NCBI GenBank assembly: GCA_001655205.1
Contig: LPNZ01008034.1
Location: forward strand, 1-36,158
From: Lenisia limosa
Lineage: Eukaryota; Protista; Breviatea
Direction of reading: 5' to 3'
DNA length: 36,158 bases
This document shows, piece after piece, positions 13,658 through 25,600 of this stretch. How positions within the stretch are numbered: the stretch's first letter is position 1; each line of letters opens with the position of its first letter. The notes beneath the pieces were generated by a model that saw only the letters and a program-made list of their open reading frames with translations, was not told the DNA's origin and searched no databases. The translations under genes and the position numbers were made by a program.

Positions 13658-16600
13658 ATGGCGCTTCACCTCCCGGAACTCGCAGCTCTCGAGAGACATG
13701 CGTTATTACTTGATGATTATGTCTCTGATGGTTTTCAGAACCATAGAATTGCAGTAAAATGCGGCTCCTGTGTCGCATTTGTTCTTACAGCCGGTGGGTT
13801 GTATTTAGAGAATGTTCATTTTGGGACTTTCTGTTTAATTTACATATTTTAGGGCATGGTTTCCTTGATAATGAAATTATCTTCACGTCAAATGCTCCTG
13901 ATGCTCATGAACGCTTTTCACGTAATTCATGGAGGACAATTGAGCCAATGTGGGGGGCATTATGTAATATGCTACGTTATTTACAGCAACTAAGTACCCT
14001 TTTTTTTAATCAAAACAGTGAAGAGTACGATGGTCTTCGAGACTGGACTGTGATCATGGGCTTCCACACTCCTGGAGTGTTTGAAATATGCGTAAAGGCC
14101 ACCGATGGTGACGAAGAACGCGAAATTCTAGGTTTGGCATTTTATTTACACAGTCTTGCTGCTTAATACAGAGCCTCTTCTTTGCTTTCTGCCTATATAA
14201 ACACAATAATCTGTATAGTTGAGTTATATATCTGACTATCCAGGTCGAATTACGGTTACACCGTCAATTCCTCTGGCTGCAAACTTACCAAAGTCGATCT
14301 CAGCAGGTGGGTGGGGAATGACAGGAGTTTACTGCTTATATTAGTGGCGTGTTAATTCCACAACCTGCAAGTCTATATATTCATGAGAGTTATCAGAGAA
14401 ATGTTGTGGTTTTGGTGTGAAAATGGCCAATTCCCCGAATTCAATTCCTGTTTTTCTTTCCCTCGTTCCTTATTTGGAAAATTACAAATTCTACCAATAA
14501 GTTTTTTAGCATAGGAAAACGTTAATTTGTTATGTTAGTATATTTTAAGACGGATTGAAATAAGACCACCTATCCTCGTCCTCTCTCACAACACGGCTGC
14601 TATCATTTCAATTCCCATCTGAATTGAATTCATCCGTCGGCCTCGTGACACCTGGGATGGCATCACTATTCTGACTGATTTGTAGACCCCGTACCTACCT
14701 CAGCCCTCTCATGCCAAACTGTTATCACAAGATGCCTTGGTAGGCGATATACTTCTTGTGGGGATAAATACTTGCTCGGGGGTTCTACGGCGGTGTATTA
14801 TTGCCGTTTGTGGGGATGCAACTGTGTTACGAACCATCACCCAGGAAAGCAGTGATAATAGAGTTACAATACAATGAATTGTTGATTTAATAGCAGCGTA
14901 GCCATACCGTCTGCGAGTATTGCCGTCATTTCCCATATCTGCCTCACGTTTCACCGATTAGGACCCATCTCCAACTGGCCAAACATCACACAGGTCTCAT
15001 CCTCTCTGGGATACAACATGCTCCATTTCACCCCCCTTCAAGTGGGTCAGGCAAAGACAGTGTATGGATCTCTCTAATACCATTTCCCCCAAACTATCTT
15101 TCCCCTACCTCACTAACACCCTAGCCACTGGGGCAGTCCGGCTCGGCCTACAGTATCCAGGACCAACTCTCTTTTGCGTCCACGCTCCTCGAACCACGCC
15201 ACCCGCTCAGGTAACCAGCGTCATGGTTGCTGATATTAAAATCGACTGCCTGGATTAGCTGTTGTTAAATGGGTTTTACTGCACCCCCCCCCCCCCCCCC
15301 CCCCNNNNNNNNNNNNNNNNNNNNNNNNNNNNNNNNNNNNNNNNNNNNNNNNNNNNNNNNNNNNNNNNNNNNNNNNNNNNNNNNNNNNNNNNNNNNNNNN
15401 NNNNNNNNNNNNNNNNNNNNNNNNNNNNNNNNNGACCTGGAGCAGGGGCTCGAGGAAATGCGATCACAGAAGGGCCTCATGTCACTCACTGATATTGTTG
15501 TCAACCACACTGCTGTTTGCGGGTTACTTTTTATCGGCGATCAAGAGACTTAATCTTTATCGATTCTCAAAGTTGAATATTGTTTTTTTTGAAGTTAGAG
15601 TTCAATGTCTTCTGAGTTGATCCTCTTCCAGGACTCAACCCCATGGCTGTGTGAGCATCCTGAAGCCGGCTACAACCCCACAAACAGTCCCCATCTCAAC
15701 CCTGCCATCCTCCTGGATAACGTGGGTTCTAGGCGCTGCTTGTCTTAATCAACATATTGTCAAGATAAACCGTGTACGAAACCAAGCTACTCTTTCTATC
15801 TTAGTTTCCCTTGAAGCTCCATACGTATCCCCCCCCCCTCTTACCTGCCCCAACCCAGGCACTTGCCGACCTCTCAAACGACATTCTACACAATAAGGTC
15901 CCGGACGCGCCCCCTCGAATGAACACCCCAGCCATGATCAAGGCGGCTCTGACCTACTTTGAAACTGGCGCGTTCAGTGACCTAAAACTCTGGTGGGAAC
16001 CGGTTTAATCCAAACATTATTTGTAAAGTTGATACTTTGGTTAGTATTCTTCATATATCCTATGAAACTGGTTCAAGTGATTGTTTAGGGAGTTCTATAC
16101 AGTCAATGTCGAGCAGATTGTGAAGGAAGCGCTGCCGGACTATCCGGATGGCGATGAGGGTGTTTTATGTCCCAAACTGTGAGAGGGGGGGGACCACTAT
16201 ATGTTGCAAAAGGATATCATATCATATTGTATATGATATATCTGTTTTATTCAATCCATCCAATGATATGCTACCTTTACTTTTTGATTGACCTTTTAGG
16301 ACAAAATCAACTAGACGAATTGCCATTGATAATCCATACGCGGTAAGCTTCTGATAAAGAAAATTGGGATATCATATGTTACTCAGCACATATAACCTTT
16401 GGCCATATTGTCCAATCAAAAGGGACTGGTCAACAAGATGAAGTTCCTCAACTAGCGGGCCTTTGCCCAAATGCTTATTATGTACTATCATGTAAAATGT
16501 AATAATACAACTTTAAAACGTAATATTCCCAAAAGAGAAGAACTAGGAGTTCTTTACGAGTCTCTAACACGCATTCAGGCACTGTCCTCACCCAGTTCAA

Positions 16601-19600
16601 TGGCATCTCTCCCTGAAGAAGACGCTGAAAGTTGGTTTCTTTACTTTTGTTTGTATTCTGTTTAAGATGGCAAACTATTGATATTCTCTTTTTTGGACCC
16701 GAAATGAAGCCGAGGCCCATTCTTGATTACCATTGTCATGCTATTTCTGAAACTCACTCTTTAGATGAGGAGGACGACTCGCTGACTTCTGATGCTGATG
16801 AGCTGAGAAGCAGTCTCTATACATTAACTGGTGGGGCTTCAGCTTGACAGCACACCTGTTGTCATTTCCCTTTCTTTACTTGTGCGTTTTTTTTTTATTT
16901 TCTTATTTTTCCAGGGACAGTTGCTGGTGTTTCGGGCGTCAGATTCGGCAAAAAGTGCCCCAGCATTGTTGTACAACGTAAGGGCTTTTTTTTAGTGTTA
17001 ATGATTTGTGGTGATTGTAATGAATTTAGCGTTCACGTATTGATGCCTCCCATCCACCATTACCCCCCCCCCTAGAAATTGCCTCACGAGTCCGTCGCAC
17101 CTGTGCCAAAGCCCACATCCGGGCCGTGCTCAACATAGTCAACCTGTCGTTCTACCAGAAGTACGACGCCGACAAGGCCGCAATCTTCACCAACCTCTTT
17201 CACACGTGTCGTTTCCAAAGGTGGGAGAGCATCTTTTTCTTTTGCTCGTCAAAAACTTGGAACATTGTTGTTCTATTATTTTTGCTTGGAGATTTTTTAT
17301 CCCATAAACGATATTGCCTGTCATTTGGTGACACGGTCGGACAGTTTCTTCATCATTCATCTTAACCCCTGACTCAGGATCGATGCCCACGGGCCGTGTA
17401 GAGGCCCAGTCACGTCCAAGGTCCCCTTCGTCTTCTCATACTTCACCAAAGTCAAGACTGCCACTGGCAAGATCATGTGGGTGCAATGAGGAAACAAAAG
17501 CTAATCCTATCCGCAAAATTTTTGTTCACCTTTTTTCAATAAATATGTCTTGTGATACAATTCCTCACTCGTCACAGTTATATATCATATGTAGTTACCA
17601 AGGTTTATCAGTTGGTTTCACCTTCCCCCCAGCCCTCTGGCAAACAACGGCTGGATTTGGGACGCCGACGCCCGCGTGGACTTTGCCATGGCCGGGTCAC
17701 GTGCATACCTCAGGAGGGACATTATCGTCTGGGGTGACTGTGTCAAGCTGAGGTTTGCGGCGACGTGTCTTGCTGCGTTTCCTGGATCTGTTTCATGGCA
17801 TAATTACCATCTCCCATATTTGTCATATTATTTGTCGATTCTACAGTTATAGACTACTGCCGGCCCTTGTACTCTCTTGATATCTCGTTGATAAACATCC
17901 CGCAGTTTTGCTGACCACTTTAGATACGGTGACAAGCCCGCAGACAGCCCATGGCTCTGGGCCCACATGGAGAGCTACGTCAGCCTCACTGCCGAGCTGT
18001 TTGACGCTCTTCGACTTGATAACGCCCACTCCACCCCCATTCATGTGGCCAGTCATATGCTTGATGTTGCTCGTGAGCTTTTTGGATGACTATACCCCTC
18101 TCGTATTCCGACATACTACATATCATATGAGAAAACTCAAAGCAACTAGCGGTTTTGGAAGATAGTTGAACTCACGATTTGGTGTAATTTTAAAGTTGTT
18201 ACCAAATACTAAAGCGTTACTCAACTTTACTGTCTAATACTGTACTGTCAACGTGATTTGGACTTATTTAGTCACCTTCTCCACTTTTATTTCTGAGATA
18301 TTTTCACCCTTCAAGGCGCCACACGGCCGCATATCTTCATTTTGGCCGAACTGTTTACAGGAAGCGAGGCTGCTGATGTGGAGGTGCGAATTGGGTGTTG
18401 ATTTATCAGGTTAATAGTGGAATGACAACCCTCGGTTAGAATTGAAGCTTTTCAAGTGGAAAGTTTGTTTTATAGTCTGTGAAGCAATGAGATTATGATT
18501 CGCTCACCAAGCAGTATGCAAGCCGTCTTGGAATTCACGCTCTCGTACGTGAGGCTATGGCAGCCTCTTCATCTGATGAACTCGCCGCTACTGTGTACAA
18601 GTTGGGGGTGGACTGTGAACAAGATGGGGTGGACTGTGAACAAGTTGGGGGTGGACTGTGACAAGTTGGTGTGGACTGTGAACAAGTTGGTGTGGACTGT
18701 GAACAAGTTGGGGTGGACTGTGAACAAGTTGGTGTGGACTGTGAACAAGTTGGTGTGGACTGTGAACAAGTTGGGGTGGACTGTGTAGGGTAAATACCAA
18801 TTTTAAAGTGTAACAGATAGAGTGTTTTCCCACAATATAACCCCTTTCCCCCTCCCTCACCGTCTGATTGTGAGCTCACCCCCAGGCTCTCAGAAGGAGG
18901 TCCCACAGGCAGGCCAGACAAAGCTGTCAGAATGGTGGGGGGGGGGGGGGNNNNNNNNNNNNNNNNNNNNNNNNNNNNNNNNNNNNNNNNNNNNNNNNNN
19001 NNNNNNNNNNNNNNNNNNNNNNNNNNNNNNNNNNNNNNNNNNNNNNNNNNNNNNNNNNNNNNNNNNNNNNNNNNNNNNNNNNNNNNNNNNNNNNNNNNNN
19101 NTTACCCCCCCCTCCCCATAGGTCCGCTCATGGCTTGATGATAGAGACATCCCTTACAACTGCCATGTTCTTGGACCCTCTGCAGTGCCCGCAATGTTCA
19201 TGGACCTCACACACGACAACCCGACATTCCACGAGAAGAGACATGCTTCTGACGCTCTTCCCACTGCCGCTCTCGTCTCCATGACTGTTGGGTTATGTCT
19301 TTCTCAGTGCTCATTTCCATATCCCATTTTCACTCAATTCCATGTTCCATAATTCTGTCCCGAACGCGCTGTGTCGGATTATTTAATTAACGGTTTGTAG
19401 AACTGCGCAATTGGCACGACTTTGGGAGTGGACACGTTGGTTCCGAAGAACATTTCGGTGGTGTCTGAGAAAAGACTCTATGCCCGCGGGCCTCGGAGGT
19501 ATGACGAGGGTTTACTTTAACAACAATTTTATTTATTTGTGGAATAATTTGGGTGCATCAAATTTGCCCTTTTCAGCGCTTACCCCCCACAGGCGGAGAA

Positions 19601-22600
19601 GTAACGTTCGGTTTGGTAACCATGTTGAGGTATCAGAACTGGACAGCAACGCCCCTCCCTCAAACGTGGGAGAACTGAGCACCAGGTATGGGGTGAGTAT
19701 TGGACTAAATAGGTTCAGTCAAGGGAATTTTATTTATTGCACACTGTGTCATATTTATCATTGTTCACCCCCGCTGCGTTCAACTTCCAACCAGACTTGG
19801 GCCTCTGATAGTTTAGTTCGATGGCTGAGGAAGACGGACATGTTCGCCGTCACAAGCCCGTGAAGAGTCTCAGAAGGTGGGTTGGGGAAATGGTGGCGTA
19901 TTCTTTAATACTCAGGTGTTTTTTTTTTCATCATTGTTGTATCATGCTGAAACAGAGATGTAAAAATCAGATTTATCACAATCAAATTCTGTCTTTTTGA
20001 TATATTTTGGAACACTCCTTGCTAAGTTGACGAAATCTGTATGAGTTCTAAACGCATTTTAGGTTTATTCCCCCTGAGAACCGCGACCGAGTCATGACAG
20101 AGGGCATGGAGAGGATCCGTATTGTCCTGAATGACCTCCATCGCTACATGGCCGAAAGCGGCTATTGTGAGACCTACGTATCTTGCCCCACACAGGACAC
20201 CATCATGATCCATCGTCATTGTCCGCGAACTGGCGACAATATCATTTGCATCGCAGCCAAGTATGTGCAATATTGAGATTATATTCATTGAGGATTAAGA
20301 ATAATTTTCTTCACTTATACATATTTTTTTCATTTTCTGAATCCATTTCTATCTCTTCTTTCCACAGGGCTAAAAGCGTTTCCTTTTTATGTTACGACAG
20401 TCCATCTATATTGAAAAGAATTGTTCTACAGCTAACTAGAAATATTGACTGATTTTGGATTCACTGTTTAGCGCGTTCTCAACCCCGGGGTCTGCTGTTG
20501 CCCACCCCTCTCTCATTGACATCCCCGGCAGTATTTCCGAGGTTAGCGCGGCTTGGCTTATCTCATGTTAAAGGAGGGCTTCGTTTTGTTTGTTGGCAAA
20601 AAAATTTATTGTTAGCTGTGGTATTTCCCCATAGTAATCAGTTTATTTGCTATTTTTCAGTGATTTTTCAGCGTAGTATTATTTCTCTAAATTGCTTCAT
20701 TGTTAATAACATTTCAGGTACTGTTCTGTGGCCGCTTGGAGGTGGAGCCCTATAACCGTTTTGAGGAGAGTACTTCGGTCATCAACGGATTACATGGCCA
20801 TCTTCTGGCAACACCACCCGTGAGAGGGGGGGGGGTGGCTTTTGTGCAAAAGATCGCATTATATCCCCGTTTTTTTCAGAGGGACATGGCAAGACTTTGA
20901 CACTCATCATTCCAGGGTACTCTTGAAGGAATGATTGAGTCCTTTGATAGTTGTACCTCCACTCACAACACCTCCCTTCGTCTTGTCAACTTCAGACCCG
21001 GTTTGCCTTGCTTTTGGATTATTACACAACAAAGCACTTTAAAGAAAAGACTCATAAGTGTTGAAAGGAACAATACATACTAAGCATATCCATTAAGGAA
21101 AAGAATTACGAGCGCCTTCTGACACCCCTCCCCCCACAGGCACAGTGGCGCTCATTCGGACTGATATGACGCCACGCGCGCGTTCATGCCATCTCGACCT
21201 CAACAGCCTGGCTCCATTGCATCTGGCCAGTAGTCGGCCCGGATCGCGGAAACGCAAACTCACGCCCCCACCGTGCAAGGTGCGCTGCTCTCTTGGAATC
21301 GTGCGGGTGGCTTCAGCCCCTTGAATATTTAACTTATAATTTGTATTGATCACACAAAGCCCCGTTTTCCCTCGCCTACACTTTTGACCAGCTGCAGAGC
21401 GGCCGTTCTGGGCAACGTGTAGTGTATCGCCCTGGGGACAACCCCCTCTCTGAGCTTGCCTTGAAAGCTAGGACGGTAGGCAGTCCGGAAGGCAAGTTTT
21501 ATTGTCATCATATTTTTGAGTAGCGATGAATCGGCTCTATATACGCATAGACAGTTAAGAATTTAGTTCTCTGCCAATTTCTCAATAGTCCCCGATCAAA
21601 ATAGATTCATGTTCCAGAAGCGGAGAAATATTGGCGTAATGCTGTTTTATGGTGACTAATTTTGTCAGATTGAGGAGTCAGCTAGGTCTCCCAATGTGCA
21701 AGTACCTCCAAATCCTCATGAAAGAGTGGGGAGGGGTATTGCATACTGTTTCATTGAGTACTTCACCCACGCCAGCAATTTCTAGCGATAACTCCCATTC
21801 AGCCGGCCCGTATTGCTGCATGCCCACCAACACCCCCTGAAGAGGAAAAGAAAAAGGTATTGGAAATACCACGCTCATGACATTCTTAAACCCTCCTTTT
21901 CCTGAGACAACAAACAGAACACGTTTTGAGAGTCGTCTTGATAGTTATCTGGCTTTTTCTTCGTACGACTTTACCTCTCTAGACATCCGGAGGTAATCCC
22001 AAGTCAAAGGCAAAAAAGACTCCAATGGTCAGTGTGTACCCCGGTCTCAATTTTTTTACATTCGGAAGGCTTCTTGTTGATCCTTATTTGTCATTGTACT
22101 GCTGTATGCATCTCACCCCCCTCCAGCCCTCGAACATTGCTATTAGCAAGGGTGTTAGCCAGGCGGCTAAAACAGCAAAATCGCCACCAAGAGGAATGGG
22201 CGCCTGTGATGACAGAGGTGAGAGTGAATTCAAACTCTTCATTATAGTGAATCCACGCATACTATTGATATTTGGCAAGTCGTTATCCCACCAAACTATC
22301 CTAACAGTGGCTTTAGATACGATGCCTCCAGCACAGTCAATCAAGGACGAACAAGAGGAGAACGCTCGCAGCTATGCCAACGATATTTCGGGAACTAAAG
22401 TGGGGAGGGGGCATGATACCGTACCTTGGCACCTAGGCTCCTACCCCATATATTGGAGGGAGTTCATATGGTTTCAAAGACATTGTGATATTATGTACAA
22501 GTCTTAAAATATGTTTTTGTTCGTTTGTGTTTCTGTATACATATCACACCGTCCAAATATCTGTGAATTTTCCTCTATCTGTGAAAACAAGCCAAATGAA

Positions 22601-25600
22601 NNNNNNNNNNNNNNNNNNNNNNNNNNNNNNNNNNNNNNNNNNNNNNNNNNNNNNNNNNNNNNNNNNNNNNNNNNNNNNNNNNNNNNNNNNNNNNNNNNNN
22701 NNNNNNNNNNNNNNNNNNNNNNNNNNNNNNNNNNNNNNNNNNNNNNNNNNNNNNNNNNNNNNNNNNNNNNNNNNNNNNNNNNNNNNNNNNNNNNNNNNNN
22801 NNNNNNNNNNNNNNNNNNNNTGACGGTGTAATATCTTCTTTCTCACAGCCACAGCTTTTTGCCTCAATTGAAGATCTGAGTCTCGAGGAACTTAACATGC
22901 TACTGTTCAAGTCCGATCCAGGTAAGCTCAATTATCCATATCATATAATCTGACCATGCTATAATACATCTTTACGAAAGTTCATACATTTAAAGCAGGC
23001 TTCCCTATTGGATTGGTAAATTGTTGTAGAGCCTTAAATACAGTTATTTGCCTTCAGATTGCCTTTGAATGTCAATAGTCACATTTTGGAAAAGAAACCT
23101 TCTCCGATATACCAAATGCTGTTCATTCATGAGGATTACAGACCAATGCAGTTCTGACTATGGTTTAGAGGAGCAAGACATCGGAGGCGGCGTGTTTGAC
23201 GTTCCAGGCTATGGAGTTTGTGGGGAAGGGTTCCATGGGGTTTGTGGGGGCATCGTTCTAGTTGAACAAATTTGAAAGTGTGGGTAAAACTATTCACTTT
23301 GAACGTAGGGAATCCACTTTGAGCACTGTTGATGATGTTGTAGCCTATGCCGTACGCTGGAATTGCGGGATTCATCCATGTCGTGGAGGAAACGATGTAC
23401 TCAGGAGAGACCGGGCACCCCCTCTTCGCAAGCCTCAGGTATGCAGTCATCTGGGCAAATAGCGTCACTAAAAATAGATCATATTCTCTTGCTTTGAGCA
23501 TTAATTCAATCATTATGGCTATGAGTTATGGAGCTCGCTGCTACAATAATGCAACCAATAGTTTGAGTCCTACGTCCTTTCAATGATTATTGAATTGGTA
23601 AATAGAATCAATCTTTTATCAATGTGACAGTTACTTAGTGATATGTATGACTCTGTAGGTCAGGACCTTGGGTGGCGTCTTACACAGCCAATCGCCTCAG
23701 AAACCTCAGGGTTTGGAGGGCGTAATCTTTTCAGTCAAAGTTGAGCACAGTTCTCACCATACAGAATGNNNNNNNNNNNNNNNNNNNNNNNNNNNNNNNN
23801 NNNNNNNNNNNNNNNNNNNNNNNNNNNNNNNNNNNNNNNNNNNNNNNNNNNNNNNNNNNNNNNNNNNNNNNNNNNNNNNNNNNNNNNNNNNNNNNNNNNN
23901 NNNNNNNNNNNNNNNNNNNNNNNNNNNNNNNNNNNNNNNNNNNNNNNNNNNNNNNNNNNNNNNNNNNNNNNNNNNNNNNNNNNNNNNNNNNNNNNNNNNN
24001 NNNNNNNNTTCCAATTCCCCTCCCCACAGACCGAGTATTCCGCCATATGCCAGACTGCATTGAAAGGGACCCAAACGGTCTTGCCCAGGCCCTAGCCCTC
24101 GGCTCAGTCCAGATGCTTGGTTACACTCCGTCCGCGCCGCTCTCAGATGACAAGTGGGGGCGGGGTATTATGCATAGTACCTTCTACAGGGTGCAGTGAT
24201 GTTCTTTTGTTTTATTGCTTTTTCCATTGCAAAATGATAATGTGTTTGATCAAGATGGAGCGACTGACCTGGGCTTTGTTTGTTTTGTTGTTAGGTTGTC
24301 AGCCAACAGTTTGGGCTTTTTTTTATTTTATAATTTTCCGTTTTCACCCCCTCCCCCTCCAGAGACGTCATGTCCATGGCAGCCGGATTACCGCACTTCA
24401 GTACCGGCTACATGCGGGCCTGGGTTGGGGGGTGGGGCTTGTTGTTGAAACGCCGGCTTTTACAGTTCATGACGGTTTTCTCAGATTTTAATATAACAAT
24501 AAAAGTCATTTGTTAGACACTAGTAATTGATATTGTATTTGATCACGGTCTATGTTGAACTTACAACGTAGGGACGTGACACCTTCATTGCCCTGCGAGG
24601 CCTTTGCCTGGTCACTGGCCGCTACTCAGTGGCCCAGGACCTCATCATCGGCGCCGCATCCATCCTCAGACACGGCCTTATCCCGAACCTTCTCGATTCG
24701 TAGGCGCTTCTTCAGTGATTAATTATTAGAAGTCGGTGCAATTAATTTTTTCTGAAATTGCGGAAAAATTAATTTCAATTATATTTTCTGAACCATAATT
24801 TCTTGAAATTAATTTTGTCAATTTTCTAAAAAAATATCAGGATAAAAGTTCTTTTGGAAGGTTCCAGAACAAATAAAATAAATTTCAGAAACTTCTGGAG
24901 CATCGGGGTTTCCGAGTTGAAAAAAAAAAAGAAGATAAAAGATCCGTATTTTTATCTGGGTACAAGGTTCAGTAACTGATTTATTCACTATTAATTAATT
25001 TTATATTAATTTCGAATTAATTGCAAAAAAATTCATAATTAATTTCGAATTTATTCAATATTTATTTCTCCAAAAAAAATTGATAAAAATTAATTGCACC
25101 GACTTCTAATTATTATGTCGTATACAGCGGCTGCAGGAAGTCTTGTCTAACATGAATCCGATTTCTTCAAAAAATTCGGTCAAGAAATGCTCAATGAGTG
25201 TATTGTAGTGATAGACAACATGCAGTTCGCTAACGCTTCAGCTGTCGCAACCCCCGTTACAATGCAAGGGACGCAGTGTGGTGGTGGCTCCAAAGCATCA
25301 AAGACTTCTGCGAGCTCGCTCCAAATGTCGGTTTCTGTGGTATTTCTCTTGTTCAAATTGCTGCTTCATCTCATGTTTTTGAGACTGCTGTTTTTTAATC
25401 GATGGCATTGTTTCCATTCCTCAAGAGGGTCGTCTTTATAGGAAAACATCTCCAATAAGCGAAGACGTATTCTCACCAATAGAGCCACATCAAGGGGTTT
25501 ACCCATTAACAATGTAGGGATTGGATATTCTCTCAATTCGGGTTCCAAGAAAGTACCCATCAGACATTGAAGGTGATTTCAAGACCCCCCACAGCCAACC

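Noticed and set aside
18591-18788. Possible CRISPR-like array
   Set aside because: The units are head-to-tail with no unique spacers, in a eukaryotic intron, with no cas genes; it is a minisatellite.
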